From: Candidatus Omnitrophota bacterium
GTDB taxonomy: Bacteria; Omnitrophota; Gorgyraeia; Zapsychrales; Fredricksoniimonadaceae
Assembly (NCBI GenBank): GCA_028865345.1
Contig: JAGWKL010000006.1
Coordinates: 2,724 to 66,723, forward strand
Direction of reading: 5' to 3'
DNA: 64,000 nt
A model generated the notes under the pieces. The model had not been told where the DNA came from. It did not search any database and saw nothing but the letters and a program-made list of their open reading frames with translations. Made by a program: the position numbers and the translations under genes. Shown here piece after piece: positions 35,447-45,167 of this stretch (positions are counted from its first letter, which is position 1; each line of letters opens with the position of its first letter).

Positions 35447-38335
35447 TTGATATGGCGCGTTGAAGTCAGACAGAAAGACGGGGTCCTTGATCCTATCGGG
35501 GCCTCCGTTGCCCGCGACATCTGCGAACTTGGTTTCGACGCCCCCGACGTGCGCGTGGTGTGGGTTTATTTGCTGGAAGGCGACATCAGCCGCGAGGAGA
35601 TCAAGCGTATCGCAGGCGAGCTTTTGATCGACCCTGTGGTCGAGGAGTACAGTTTTGATTTGAAGCGCCCCCCGCAGTCAGGCTCCCGTCACGTCATTGA
35701 AATCGCCTACAACTTGGGCGTCATGGATCCGGTGGAAGCATCCACCATCAAAGGCATCCGCGACTTGGGGATCATGGGCGTCAAGGCCGTGCGCACGGCC
35801 AGGCAATACCACATCGACGGTCAATTTTCCGACAAGGAATTAGGACTCATCACCAACCGCGTGTTGATGAACAAGCTCGTCCAGCAGGTGGTTGGAGACC
35901 CTTCCCATATTCCTGCCTCGCTGGGGCTGTCCGGCCCGCCGGTGTCGAAATTCGACGTGCTGGTCGTGGATTTAGCGGCCGCCAAAGACCGCAGGCTGAT
36001 GGAGATCTCCAAGGCCGGCCAGCTTTATTTGAATTTGGATGAGATGCGCGCCATCCGGAAATATTTCAAAAAAGAGGGCCGCAATCCCACAGACGTTGAA
36101 CTGGAGACCATTGCCCAGACATGGAGCGAGCATTGCCGTCATAAAACTTTCCGGGGGACCATCCGCTACCGGGAAAGCAAAACGGCCAGGCCCCGGATCA
36201 TCCGCAGCCTGTTTAAGACGACCATTGCCGCGGCGACGTCGAAGCTCAATAAAAAATGGTGCGTTTCGGTTTTTCATGATAACGCCGGGATCATCAGCTT
36301 TGACAAGGACTATAATGTTTGTTTTAAAGTCGAGACCCATAACCACCCTTCTGCCCTGGAGCCTTTCGGCGGGGCCAACACCGGCGTTGGGGGCGTCATC
36401 CGGGACATTTTAGGCACGGGCCTTGCCGCCAAGCCGTTGTGCAATACCGACGTGTTTTGTTTCGCGCCGCCGGAGACGCCGGCGGCGGATTTGCCCAAGG
36501 GGGCCCTTCATCCCAAACGGGTCATGAAAGGCGTTGTCTCGGGGGTGCGCGATTACGGCAATAAAATGGGCATACCCACGGTCAACGGCGCCATTGTTTA
36601 TGACAAGCATTTCGCCGGCAACCCGCTGGTTTTTTGCGGTAATGTGGGGATCATTCCCAGGGGCAAGGAGATCAAGCGTGTCCGTCAGGGGGATTTGGTC
36701 GTGGCTGTCGGCGGCCGCACCGGCCGTGACGGGATCCACGGGGCGACATTTTCTTCAGGAGAACTTACCAGCGCATCGGAAACGGTGTCTTCGGGGGCGG
36801 TGCAGATCGGCAACCCCATCGAGGAGAAAAAAGTCCTTGATGCGCTGCTCAAGGCCCGCCAGGCCGGTTTGTATTCGGCCATCACCGATTGCGGGGCCGG
36901 CGGTTTTTCGTCCGCCGTCGGAGAAATGGGCGAGAAAACCGGCGCCCGGATCGATTTGGACCGCGCCCCTTTGAAATACCAGGGTCTCAAATACCATGAG
37001 ATCTGGATTTCCGAGTCTCAGGAGCGCATGGTCATGGCCGTGCCTCCTGAGAATATCGAGCGGCTCTTAAAGATTTTTGAAGCGGAGAATGTCGAGGCCG
37101 CGGTGCTGGGCGAGTTTGACGGTTCAGGCCGCCTGCAGTTGTTTTTCCACGGCCAGCAAGTGGCCGATTTGGACATGAGCTTCCTGCACGACGGGCTGCC
37201 GCAGATCGTCAAGGAGGCCCTTTACCAAAAGACGGCGCTCAAGAAGGAGAAGCTGCCCAGGAGGTCCTTGGATTTGACGCCGGAGTTGTGCGCCGCGTTG
37301 GGCCATTACAATGTGGCTTCCAAAGAAAGCGTCATCCGTATCTATGACCACGAAGTGCAGGGCACCAGCGTCGTCAAGCCTCTGGTCGGGCCTTGCACCG
37401 ACGGGCCGTCGGATGCCGCGGTCATCCGCGGGCGCCTGGGCCATCCCCAGGGCGTGGCGGTGGCCAACGGCATCAACGTGCGTTTCGGCATGATCGATCC
37501 CTTCTGGATGGCGGCTTCTTGCGTTGATGAAGCCATCCGCCAGATCATTGCCGTCGGCGGGTCACTGGACCGCATCGCCCTGCTTGATAATTTCTGCTGG
37601 GGCAATCCGGACAAGCCTGACCGGCTGGGGTCCCTGGTGCGGTGCGCGCAAGGCTGTTATAAGGCCGCCATGTCTTTCGGTACGCCGTTCATTTCGGGCA
37701 AGGACAGTTTGTATAACGAGTACACCCATAAGGGCAAAAGCCTTGCCATACCGGGAACCATTTTGATCTCCGCCATCGGTCATATCGATGATGTCGGCCG
37801 TTGCGTGACCATGGATTTCAAGAAGGCGGGCAACAGCATTTATGCCGTCGGCACGACGGCGGATGATCTGGGAGGCTCCATTTATCTGGAAAATTCCGGA
37901 CAGTTGGGCAGCTGTGTTCCCAAGGTCGATTTTAAGACGGCCTCCAGGATTTACCGGGCGCTTGAGCGGGCAACGAAGGCCGGCCTGCTTGCTTCTTTGC
38001 ACGATTGTTCCGAAGGAGGGTTGGCCGTGGCCCTGGCGGAGATGGCTTTTGCCGGAGGCTTGGGGGCGACGGTGCTCCTGGAGAGGGTGCCCTATAAGGG
38101 TAAACAGCGCCGGGAGGACGTGGTGCTCTTTTCGGAAAGCAACTCGCGTTTCATTGCCGAGGTCCCTGGTTCCCAAGAGAAAGCGTTGGCTAAAATTTTT
38201 AAAGGGCTGCCTTTGGCTAAAATCGGTACCGTTGAAGCCGGTCCGGAATTTATTGTTTACGGCTTGAAGGACAAGCCGGTCATCAATGCCCGCATCGACG
38301 AGCTGAAGGAAGTATGGAAATCACCGTTAAGATAA
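35447..38335 (+). CDS. purL: FGAM synthase subunit PurL with two N-terminal PurS-like domains fused (TTG start)
   Basis: Residues 1 to about 160 resemble two PurS-like modules. They are followed by the PurL block SEHCRHKTF and the ATP-binding regions. The AAGGAAG RBS lies upstream. Confidence 0.9.
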   Translation: MIWRVEVRQKDGVLDPIGASVARDICELGFDAPDVRVVWVYLLEGDISREEIKRIAGELLIDPVVEEYSFDLKRPPQSGSRHVIEIAYNLGVMDPVEASTIKGIRDLGIMGVKAVRTARQYHIDGQFSDKELGLITNRVLMNKLVQQVVGDPSHIPASLGLSGPPVSKFDVLVVDLAAAKDRRLMEISKAGQLYLNLDEMRAIRKYFKKEGRNPTDVELETIAQTWSEHCRHKTFRGTIRYRESKTARPRIIRSLFKTTIAAATSKLNKKWCVSVFHDNAGIISFDKDYNVCFKVETHNHPSALEPFGGANTGVGGVIRDILGTGLAAKPLCNTDVFCFAPPETPAADLPKGALHPKRVMKGVVSGVRDYGNKMGIPTVNGAIVYDKHFAGNPLVFCGNVGIIPRGKEIKRVRQGDLVVAVGGRTGRDGIHGATFSSGELTSASETVSSGAVQIGNPIEEKKVLDALLKARQAGLYSAITDCGAGGFSSAVGEMGEKTGARIDLDRAPLKYQGLKYHEIWISESQERMVMAVPPENIERLLKIFEAENVEAAVLGEFDGSGRLQLFFHGQQVADLDMSFLHDGLPQIVKEALYQKTALKKEKLPRRSLDLTPELCAALGHYNVASKESVIRIYDHEVQGTSVVKPLVGPCTDGPSDAAVIRGRLGHPQGVAVANGINVRFGMIDPFWMAASCVDEAIRQIIAVGGSLDRIALLDNFCWGNPDKPDRLGSLVRCAQGCYKAAMSFGTPFISGKDSLYNEYTHKGKSLAIPGTILISAIGHIDDVGRCVTMDFKKAGNSIYAVGTTADDLGGSIYLENSGQLGSCVPKVDFKTASRIYRALERATKAGLLASLHDCSEGGLAVALAEMAFAGGLGATVLLERVPYKGKQRREDVVLFSESNSRFIAEVPGSQEKALAKIFKGLPLAKIGTVEAGPEFIVYGLKDKPVINARIDELKEVWKSPLR

Positions 38336-38350
38336 CAGGAGGGGAAAACA

Positions 38351-39025
38351 GTGAAGAATAACCACAGACGTCCTCAAGTGCCTGACCTGGAAATGATGGA
38401 AGACCCGTGGCGTATTTTTCGCATTATGGCGGAGTTCGTCGACGGTTTCGAGGAGCTTAAGAGCATCGGGCCCGCGGTCAGCATCTTCGGGTCTTCCCGC
38501 ATTCCCCGCGGGCATACGTATTATAAGGCGGCCGAAAAGACGGCGGAGCTCCTGGTCAAAGCGGGCTACGCGATCATCACCGGCGGAGGCCCCAGCATCA
38601 TGGAGGCGGGCAACAAGGGCGCCGCCAAGGCGGGCGGGCGATCCATCGGCCTTAATATCGACCTGCCTTTTGAACAAATACCCAACACCTATATCAATCA
38701 TCTGGTGAGGTTCCATTATTTTTTCTGCCGTAAAGTCTGTTTTGTCAAATATGCCAAGGCCTTTGTGATTTTTCCGGGCGGCTATGGGACTTTTGATGAA
38801 TTGTCGGAAAGCCTCACCCTGATCCAGACCCAGCGCATGGACAAATTCCCGGTCATCCTTTATGGAAGTCAATATTGGAAGGGGGTCCTGGACTGGCTTA
38901 AAGATACGGTGCTCAAGGAAGGTTGCATCGAGCCCAAGGACCTGGATATCATGCAGATTGTGGATACGCCGCAAGAGGTGGTCAAAAACATCAGGAAATT
39001 CTACGCCAAAAAGAAGAACAGATGA
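38351..39025 (+). CDS. LOG family (TIGR00730) nucleotide 5'-monophosphate phosphoribohydrolase
   Basis: The blocks GGGPSIMEAGNKGA and FPGGYGTFDELSE, which carry the PGGxGTxxE motif, are present. The gene is embedded between purL and purQ and its stop overlaps the purQ start (ATGA). Confidence 0.85.
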   Translation: MKNNHRRPQVPDLEMMEDPWRIFRIMAEFVDGFEELKSIGPAVSIFGSSRIPRGHTYYKAAEKTAELLVKAGYAIITGGGPSIMEAGNKGAAKAGGRSIGLNIDLPFEQIPNTYINHLVRFHYFFCRKVCFVKYAKAFVIFPGGYGTFDELSESLTLIQTQRMDKFPVILYGSQYWKGVLDWLKDTVLKEGCIEPKDLDIMQIVDTPQEVVKNIRKFYAKKKNR

Positions 39026-39816
39026 TCCCGAACGTCAAAGTCATCATCATCCGCACTGCGGGCACAAATTGCAATGAGGAAACGTCCTTTGCCTTCAGGT
39101 CCCTGGGGGCCAGCGTCGAAGAGGTGCACATCAAGGCCTTGATCGACGGGGCCAGGTTCCTTCGTGATTACCATATTTTGGCCCTGCCGGGCGGCTTCAG
39201 TTACGGCGACGACATTGCTTCGGGCCGCATCCTGGCCAATGAATTGCGTTTGAAATTATTGGAAGATATCCGGCAATTTATCCGGGAAGGCAAGCTGATC
39301 ATCGGCATATGCAACGGTTTTCAGATTTTGACCAAGGCGGGGATCCTGCCCGGTTTGGAGCTGAATAGTGGACAGGAAGCCACTTTATTCTATAATGATT
39401 CCGCGAAATTTGAAGACCGCTGGGTCCATCTCAAGGTGGAAGGCCGGTGTGTGTGGACCAGGAGCCTGCCGCAGCAGATTTATCTGCCCGTGGCCCACGG
39501 CGAGGGGAAATTTATCCCGCGCGACAGACAAGTGCTGGAGACGCTGGCCGCCAACGGGCAGATCGCCCTGCGTTATTGCTCTGCTGACGGAGGCAGGCCT
39601 TCCTATCCGGATAATCCCAACGGGTCTATGGAAAACATTGCGGGCCTTTGCGATACCACCGGCCGCATCCTGGGCCTGATGCCGCACCCGGAGAGGCACT
39701 TTTTATTCGAGCAGCACCCTTTTTGGACCAGGCTCGCCAAAAAAAGCCCGTTCGGCGATGGGGCCAAGATCTTCGAGAACGGCATCAATTACGTGAAGGA
39801 AAATTTGTTGCACTAA
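39022..39816 (+). CDS. purQ: FGAM synthase glutaminase subunit PurQ
   Basis: The catalytic-Cys motif GICNGFQ and the HPE C-terminal triad region (MPHPER) are present. Confidence 0.9.
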   Translation: MIPNVKVIIIRTAGTNCNEETSFAFRSLGASVEEVHIKALIDGARFLRDYHILALPGGFSYGDDIASGRILANELRLKLLEDIRQFIREGKLIIGICNGFQILTKAGILPGLELNSGQEATLFYNDSAKFEDRWVHLKVEGRCVWTRSLPQQIYLPVAHGEGKFIPRDRQVLETLAANGQIALRYCSADGGRPSYPDNPNGSMENIAGLCDTTGRILGLMPHPERHFLFEQHPFWTRLAKKSPFGDGAKIFENGINYVKENLLH

Positions 39817-39870
39817 GGAACAAAGTATATTAATGTCACTAGCGGATAAATTTGTTTTTTGAGCGACACT

Positions 39871-40026
39871 TATGCGTATTCGGCCGTTGTATTTTCCGAG
39901 CAGGCAGTAGAGGGCCGATTTGGCATGGTCCCCGCCGAAGGCGGGGCAAATCGGCCCAGGCCCTAGCGAAGCCGCGTCGCTGGACGCGGCGAGCGTGCCT
40001 GCGAGGGAAATACAACGGCCGAATAT
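39871..40026. repeat. Copy 2 of the ~155 bp imperfect-palindromic intergenic repeat, between purQ and purM
   Basis: The sequence is homologous to 22643-22803. The terminal arms TTCGGCCGTTGTATTT and AAATACAACGGCCGAA carry a compensatory A/G-T/C change relative to copy 1. An extra hairpin ATTCCCGA..TCGGGAAT follows at 40038-40062. Confidence 0.7.
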
Positions 40027-40075
40027 TGCATGGCTGGATTCCCGATAAAAGCATTCGGGAATGACAAAATAGATT

Positions 40076-41080
40076 ATGGCACGACAATTGACCTATAAAA
40101 AAGCGGGGGTGGATATCGGCAAGGCCAACCGCTTCGTGGGCGCCGTCAAACGGATGGCCGAGGCTACGGCCGGCCGCGGCGCGATGGAGAGGCCCGGTTC
40201 GTTCGGCGCGTTGTTTGATTTGGGTTTTTTAAAATACAAGAACCCTGTGCTGGTTTCTTCCACCGACGGCGTAGGGACAAAGCTGTTGATCGCCAATTTA
40301 GCCGGCAAACACGACACCGTGGGCATAGACCTGGTGGCCATGAACGTCAATGATGTCCTGTGCACCGGCGCCAGGCCCCTGTTCTTTTTGGATTATATCG
40401 CGGCAGGTACAATCGACCTCAAGGTCATGAAGGACGTGATGAAAGGCATTGTGGCCGGATGCCGGATGGCCGGATGCGCGCTTGTAGGCGGAGAGACCGC
40501 CGAAATGCCGGACATGTACAAGGCCAAGGATTACGACCTGGCGGGTTTTACGGTCGGGGTGGCGGAGAAGGGGCGGCTGGTTGACGGATCAGGGATAAAA
40601 TGCAATGATGTGCTTATAGGTTTGCCGTCTTCGGGGCTGCATTCCAACGGATATTCGCTGGTCCGCAGGGCGCTTTCGCCCAAAGAGCAAAAGCAATATG
40701 CCGGAGTTTTGCTTAAGCCCACCTGCATTTATGTCAAGCCGGTTTTAGCCCTGCTTGAAAAAATTCAGGTCAGGGGCATGGCCCACTTGACCGGCGGCGC
40801 CTGGTATGAGAAATTGACCAAGGTCCTGCCTCCGGGGCTTTGCTTTTGCGTTAAAAAAGGGAGTTGGCCGATCCCGCGGATATTCGGCCTCATCCAGGAC
40901 AAGGGGCATATCCCGGAACATGAAATGTACCGGACCTTTAATATGGGCATCGGTTTTGCCCTGGTCGTCGCGCCCGAGGATGTCGACGGGACGCATGCCG
41001 TTCTCAGGGCCCACAAGACAGAGTCCTTTGTCATCGGTGAGGTGGTCAGGGACGCCAAGCATAAGGTCGTTTTTGTATGA
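40076..41080 (+). CDS. purM: AIR synthetase (phosphoribosylformylglycinamidine cyclo-ligase)
   Basis: The blocks SSTDGVGTKL and DLAGFTVG are present. Confidence 0.9.
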   Translation: MARQLTYKKAGVDIGKANRFVGAVKRMAEATAGRGAMERPGSFGALFDLGFLKYKNPVLVSSTDGVGTKLLIANLAGKHDTVGIDLVAMNVNDVLCTGARPLFFLDYIAAGTIDLKVMKDVMKGIVAGCRMAGCALVGGETAEMPDMYKAKDYDLAGFTVGVAEKGRLVDGSGIKCNDVLIGLPSSGLHSNGYSLVRRALSPKEQKQYAGVLLKPTCIYVKPVLALLEKIQVRGMAHLTGGAWYEKLTKVLPPGLCFCVKKGSWPIPRIFGLIQDKGHIPEHEMYRTFNMGIGFALVVAPEDVDGTHAVLRAHKTESFVIGEVVRDAKHKVVFV

Positions 41081-42360
41081 ACGTTTTAGTCATCGGTTCG
41101 GGCGGGCGTGAGCACGCGCTGTGCTGGAAAATCAAACAATCACCCAAGGTCAAACGGCTTTATTGTCTGCCTGGCAACGGCGGCATCGCCCGCATCGCCG
41201 AATGCGTGGACATCGCCGCCGACGATGTGAATTTGATTTTGCAGTATGCCCTGAATAAGAAGATCGACCTGACTGTCGTCGGCCCCGAAGCAAGCCTGAC
41301 GGCGGGCATCGCCGACCTTTTTGCCCAAAAAGGCCTGAAAGTATTCGGGCCTTCCCGGGCCGCGGCGCAATTGGAAGGCAGCAAGGTCTTTGCCAAGGAG
41401 TTCATGCGCCGCCGCAATATTCCGACGGCCGACTACAAGGTTTTTAGCAGTGACGCCCAAGCGCTGGAATTCCTGCAGGCGGCGCAGTTTCCTTTGGTAG
41501 TCAAGGCCGACGGGCTTTGCGCGGGCAAGGGCGTTTATGTTTGCGCCGACCTTAAAGCGGCCAGGACGGCGGTGGATGAGATCATGGTCCAAAAGATTTT
41601 TGGGGACGCAGGGGACAACATCATTATTGAAGAATGCCTGCAGGGCCCTGAAGTGTCGGTCCTGGCGGTCTGTGACGGCAGGCATTTTTTGGTGTTGCCG
41701 ACCTCCCAGGACCATAAGCGTGTTTTCGATGATGATGTGGGCCCCAATACCGGAGGCATGGGGGCGTTCTCCCCCAGTGCGCGCGTCAACGTCCAGGTCC
41801 TGGATGTGGTGATCAACCGGATCATTGAGCCCGCCATCCGCGGTATGTACCAGGAGGGCAATCCTTTTAAAGGCGTTCTTTTTGCGGGCCTCATGCTCAC
41901 CCAAGACGGGCCCAAGGCCCTGGAGTTTAATGTGCGTTTCGGGGACCCTGAGACCCAGAGCATTCTGCCGAGGCTGCAGTCGGACATCGTGGACATATTT
42001 TTGGCGGTCTGCGACGGAAGGCTGGCGGACATCAAGGTCAAATGGGACGAACAGCCTTGCGTGTGCGTGGTGGTGGCCTCGGGCGGATATCCCGGCAAAT
42101 ACCAGAGCGGTTTTTCCATCGGCGGCCTGGACAAGATCAAGGACGAGGACACCATGGTTTTCCACGCCGGCACTAAAAATGACGGCGGGACCATCGTCAC
42201 CAGCGGAGGCAGGGTCCTGGGCGTGGCGGCCCTGGGACAAAACCTTGAAGCCGCGGCCGCTAAAGCGTATAATGCTGTTTCTAAAATCGAATTCGATCAT
42301 ATGTTTTTCCGCCGGGACATCGCGGCCAGGTCTTCGAAGCAGAAGGTTGCTTCGCCGTAA
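41077..42360 (+). CDS. purD: Phosphoribosylamine-glycine ligase
   Basis: The N-terminal MNVLVIGSGGREHAL is followed by an ATP-grasp core. Confidence 0.9.
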   Translation: MNVLVIGSGGREHALCWKIKQSPKVKRLYCLPGNGGIARIAECVDIAADDVNLILQYALNKKIDLTVVGPEASLTAGIADLFAQKGLKVFGPSRAAAQLEGSKVFAKEFMRRRNIPTADYKVFSSDAQALEFLQAAQFPLVVKADGLCAGKGVYVCADLKAARTAVDEIMVQKIFGDAGDNIIIEECLQGPEVSVLAVCDGRHFLVLPTSQDHKRVFDDDVGPNTGGMGAFSPSARVNVQVLDVVINRIIEPAIRGMYQEGNPFKGVLFAGLMLTQDGPKALEFNVRFGDPETQSILPRLQSDIVDIFLAVCDGRLADIKVKWDEQPCVCVVVASGGYPGKYQSGFSIGGLDKIKDEDTMVFHAGTKNDGGTIVTSGGRVLGVAALGQNLEAAAAKAYNAVSKIEFDHMFFRRDIAARSSKQKVASP

Positions 42361-42382
42361 CGAACATTAAGGAAGGCCTCTC

Positions 42383-43450
42383 ATGGTCTCCACAAGGGTC
42401 TTAAAAGTCAATTCGGCCTTGCCTGAGCCTGAAAAGGTCGCCGAGGCCGCCCGCATCGTCCGGCAGGGCGGGCTGGTGATTTTCCCGACGGAAACGGTTT
42501 ACGGCATTGCCGCGGATTCCAACAATCCCAGGACCATGGACCGTTTGCGCACGGTGAAACGCCGGACGGACGGAAAGCTTTTTTCCATTTTGATAGCCCA
42601 GCGGGGGATCATCGACAACTATTCGTCGTACACGCACCCGAATTTGTACAAGGTGATCGACAAATACTGGCCCGGTCCCCTGACGGTGATCGTGCCGGCC
42701 CGCCACGAGGGGGAAACCCTCGGCATCCGCATGCCGGACCATACGGTGGCGCTTCGCCTGGTGGAAGAAAGCGGCTGCACGATCGCGGCCCCGTCGGCAA
42801 ACCTGGAGGGGAAAAAGCCGCCGACCAATGCCAAAGAGGCCCTGGAAGATCTTGACGGCCTAGTCGACCTGGCCCTGGACGGCGGACCGGTCGATTTTGG
42901 GATATCCTCGACGATCCTGGATTTTACCGGGACGCACCCGACGGTCAAACGGGAAGGGGTCATCACCCAGCCGGATGTGGACCGCACCATCAGCAAGAAA
43001 TGCATCCTGTTTGTCTGCACGGGAAACAGCTGCCGCTCGGTGATGGCGGAATATTTGTTGAGGGCCAAATTGATAGGGCGCCAGGATGTGGAAGTGCATT
43101 CGGCGGGCACCAGCGTTTTTTTCAGGTCCCCGGCGAGCCAGGAAACCATTGCCGTCTTGAGGGACAAGGGGATCAACGCCGCGGCGCACATTTCCAGGCC
43201 GCTGGGCACCATCATGCTCAAGAAATCGGACTTGATCTTTGCCATGACCCGGGCGCACCGCGCCCAGATATTGGAACGCGTTCCGTCGGTGGAGAAAAGG
43301 GTCTATTGCTTAAGGGAATTCGCCGGCACCCACCGGGGGCTCCAGACGGACCTGGATGTGCCGGACCCCATCGGCCAGCCGCATGCCGCCTATCAGGAGT
43401 GCTTGGACATGGTCGAGGAGGCGGTTGAAAAGATAGAGAGGCTGCTTTGA
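42383..43450 (+). CDS. Fusion of L-threonylcarbamoyladenylate synthase (TsaC/YrdC) with a low-molecular-weight protein phosphatase (YwlE-like)
   Basis: The N-terminal half carries FPTETVYGIAAD (YrdC), and the C-terminal half carries the CX5R P-loop LFVCTGNSCRSVMAE and a DVPDPIG Asp loop. Confidence 0.8.
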   Translation: MVSTRVLKVNSALPEPEKVAEAARIVRQGGLVIFPTETVYGIAADSNNPRTMDRLRTVKRRTDGKLFSILIAQRGIIDNYSSYTHPNLYKVIDKYWPGPLTVIVPARHEGETLGIRMPDHTVALRLVEESGCTIAAPSANLEGKKPPTNAKEALEDLDGLVDLALDGGPVDFGISSTILDFTGTHPTVKREGVITQPDVDRTISKKCILFVCTGNSCRSVMAEYLLRAKLIGRQDVEVHSAGTSVFFRSPASQETIAVLRDKGINAAAHISRPLGTIMLKKSDLIFAMTRAHRAQILERVPSVEKRVYCLREFAGTHRGLQTDLDVPDPIGQPHAAYQECLDMVEEAVEKIERLL

Positions 43451-43899
43451 AAATATTTATCGGTTCGGACCACAGGGGTGTACTCTTAAAGAAGAAGGTC
43501 GACGCCGTACTTAAAAGTTTGGGCCATGAAGTCGTGGACATGGGCACGCATGATGAAGGCGCCGGTTGTGATTATCCTCTGGTCGCCCGGCAGGTGGCGG
43601 AACAAGCGGTGGCCCATCCGGGAAGCCGCGGGATCCTGTTGTGCATGTCCGGCATCGGACATTCCATTGCCGCCAACAAGGTGCCCGGTGTTTATGCCGC
43701 CCTGGTTTATAATAAGGAAGCGGCCCTGCTTTCCCGTCAGCACAATGACAGCAATGTGCTGGTCCTGGGGGCCAAATTTACGGATGAAGCCCAGATGCCG
43801 GACATCGTGAAGATCTGGTTATCGACCGCCTTTGAAGGAGGACGGCATCAGCGCCGGAAAGAACAGATCCAATCTATAGAAAGGGAATACTCAAAATGA
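43447..43899 (+). CDS. rpiB: Ribose-5-phosphate isomerase B
   Basis: The N-terminus [11 protein letters not shown] and the block [13 protein letters not shown] are present. Confidence 0.9.
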   Translation: MKIFIGSDHRGVLLKKKVDAVLKSLGHEVVDMGTHDEGAGCDYPLVARQVAEQAVAHPGSRGILLCMSGIGHSIAANKVPGVYAALVYNKEAALLSRQHNDSNVLVLGAKFTDEAQMPDIVKIWLSTAFEGGRHQRRKEQIQSIEREYSK

Positions 43900-45155
43900 A
43901 GTATTTACAGTCGGTTGATCCTCAAATTTATCAGGCCATCCAGCATGAGCTTAAACGCCAGCAAAACAACCTTGAATTGATCGCATCGGAAAATATCGTC
44001 TCCCGGGCCGTGCTGGAGGCCGCCGGCAGCGTGCTGACCAATAAGTATGCGGAAGGCTATCCGGCCGCGCGCTGGTACAACGGCTGCGAATTTGTCGACG
44101 AGGCGGAGAGCCTGGCCCAAGCCCGCGCCAAAGAGCTTTTCGGCGGGGACCATGTCAACGTGCAGCCCCACTCAGGCTCCCAGGCCAATACGGCGGTTTA
44201 TATGTCGGTCTTGAAGCCCGGTGATACGGTCATGGGCATGGATTTGGCCTGCGGAGGGCATTTGACCCACGGCCTGAAAATGAACATTTCCGGCCGGCTG
44301 TATAATTTTGTCTCATATAAAGTCGATGCGAAGTCGGAGCTTATCGATATGGATGACCTTGAGCGCCTGGCCGTCGAGCACAAGCCGAAGATGATCGTGG
44401 CCGGCTACTCGGCCTATTCGAGGACTTTGGATTTTAAACGTTTCCGCGAGATTGCGGACAAGGTGGGCGCGTATTTGTTCGTGGACATGGCCCATTTTGC
44501 CGGGCTGGTGGCGGCGGGGCTGCATCCCAACCCCGTGCCGCACGCCCATTTTGTGACCACCACCACGCATAAGACCCTGCGGGGGCCCCGCGGCGGGATG
44601 ATCATTTGCCAGGCCCAATTCGCCAAGAAGATCGACGGGGCCATTTTCCCGGGAATCCAGGGGGGGCCATTGATGCACATCATTGCGGCCAAGGCGGTGG
44701 CTTTTAAAGAAGCATTGACCCCGGAGTTCAAGCAATACCAGCGGCAGGTGACGGCCAATGCCAGGGCCTTTGCCGAAGCGCTGGGGGCGCTGGGTTTCCG
44801 CATCGTCACCGGGGGGACGGACAATCATTTGTTCATGGTGGACCTGCGCCCCAAAAACATTACGGGCAAAGATGCGGCCGCCCTGCTGGATCGCGTGGCC
44901 ATCACCGTCAACAAGAACCTGGTTCCCTTTGACCCGCAACCTCCGACGGTGGCGAGCGGTGTGCGCATCGGCACTCCGGCCGTCACCACGCGCGGCATGA
45001 AAGAGCCCCAGATGCGCACCATTGCGCAGCTGATCGACCGTTGTATCGCCAACCGGGACAATGGGGCGCAGTTGGAAAAGCTCCGCTGTCAAGTCGAGCG
45101 TCTGGCCGGGGAATTCCCTATTTATACCGACCCCGCCGTCCTCGCCGCCAAGTAG
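43896..45155 (+). CDS. glyA: Serine hydroxymethyltransferase
   Basis: The blocks LIASENIVS and [14 protein letters not shown] (PLP-Lys) are present. Confidence 0.95.
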   Translation: MKYLQSVDPQIYQAIQHELKRQQNNLELIASENIVSRAVLEAAGSVLTNKYAEGYPAARWYNGCEFVDEAESLAQARAKELFGGDHVNVQPHSGSQANTAVYMSVLKPGDTVMGMDLACGGHLTHGLKMNISGRLYNFVSYKVDAKSELIDMDDLERLAVEHKPKMIVAGYSAYSRTLDFKRFREIADKVGAYLFVDMAHFAGLVAAGLHPNPVPHAHFVTTTTHKTLRGPRGGMIICQAQFAKKIDGAIFPGIQGGPLMHIIAAKAVAFKEALTPEFKQYQRQVTANARAFAEALGALGFRIVTGGTDNHLFMVDLRPKNITGKDAAALLDRVAITVNKNLVPFDPQPPTVASGVRIGTPAVTTRGMKEPQMRTIAQLIDRCIANRDNGAQLEKLRCQVERLAGEFPIYTDPAVLAAK

Positions 45156-45167
45156 AGGTTTAAACGT

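Noticed and set aside
41140-42300. A 386-aa minus-strand ORF antisense to purD. Similar long antisense ORFs lie at 57898-59310, 5709-6641, 35972-36346 and 31555-32319.
   Set aside because: Each lies entirely inside a well-supported, motif-bearing gene on the other strand. They have no recognisable motifs, and Arg/Gly/Ala/Pro-rich composition is typical of GC-rich antisense frames.
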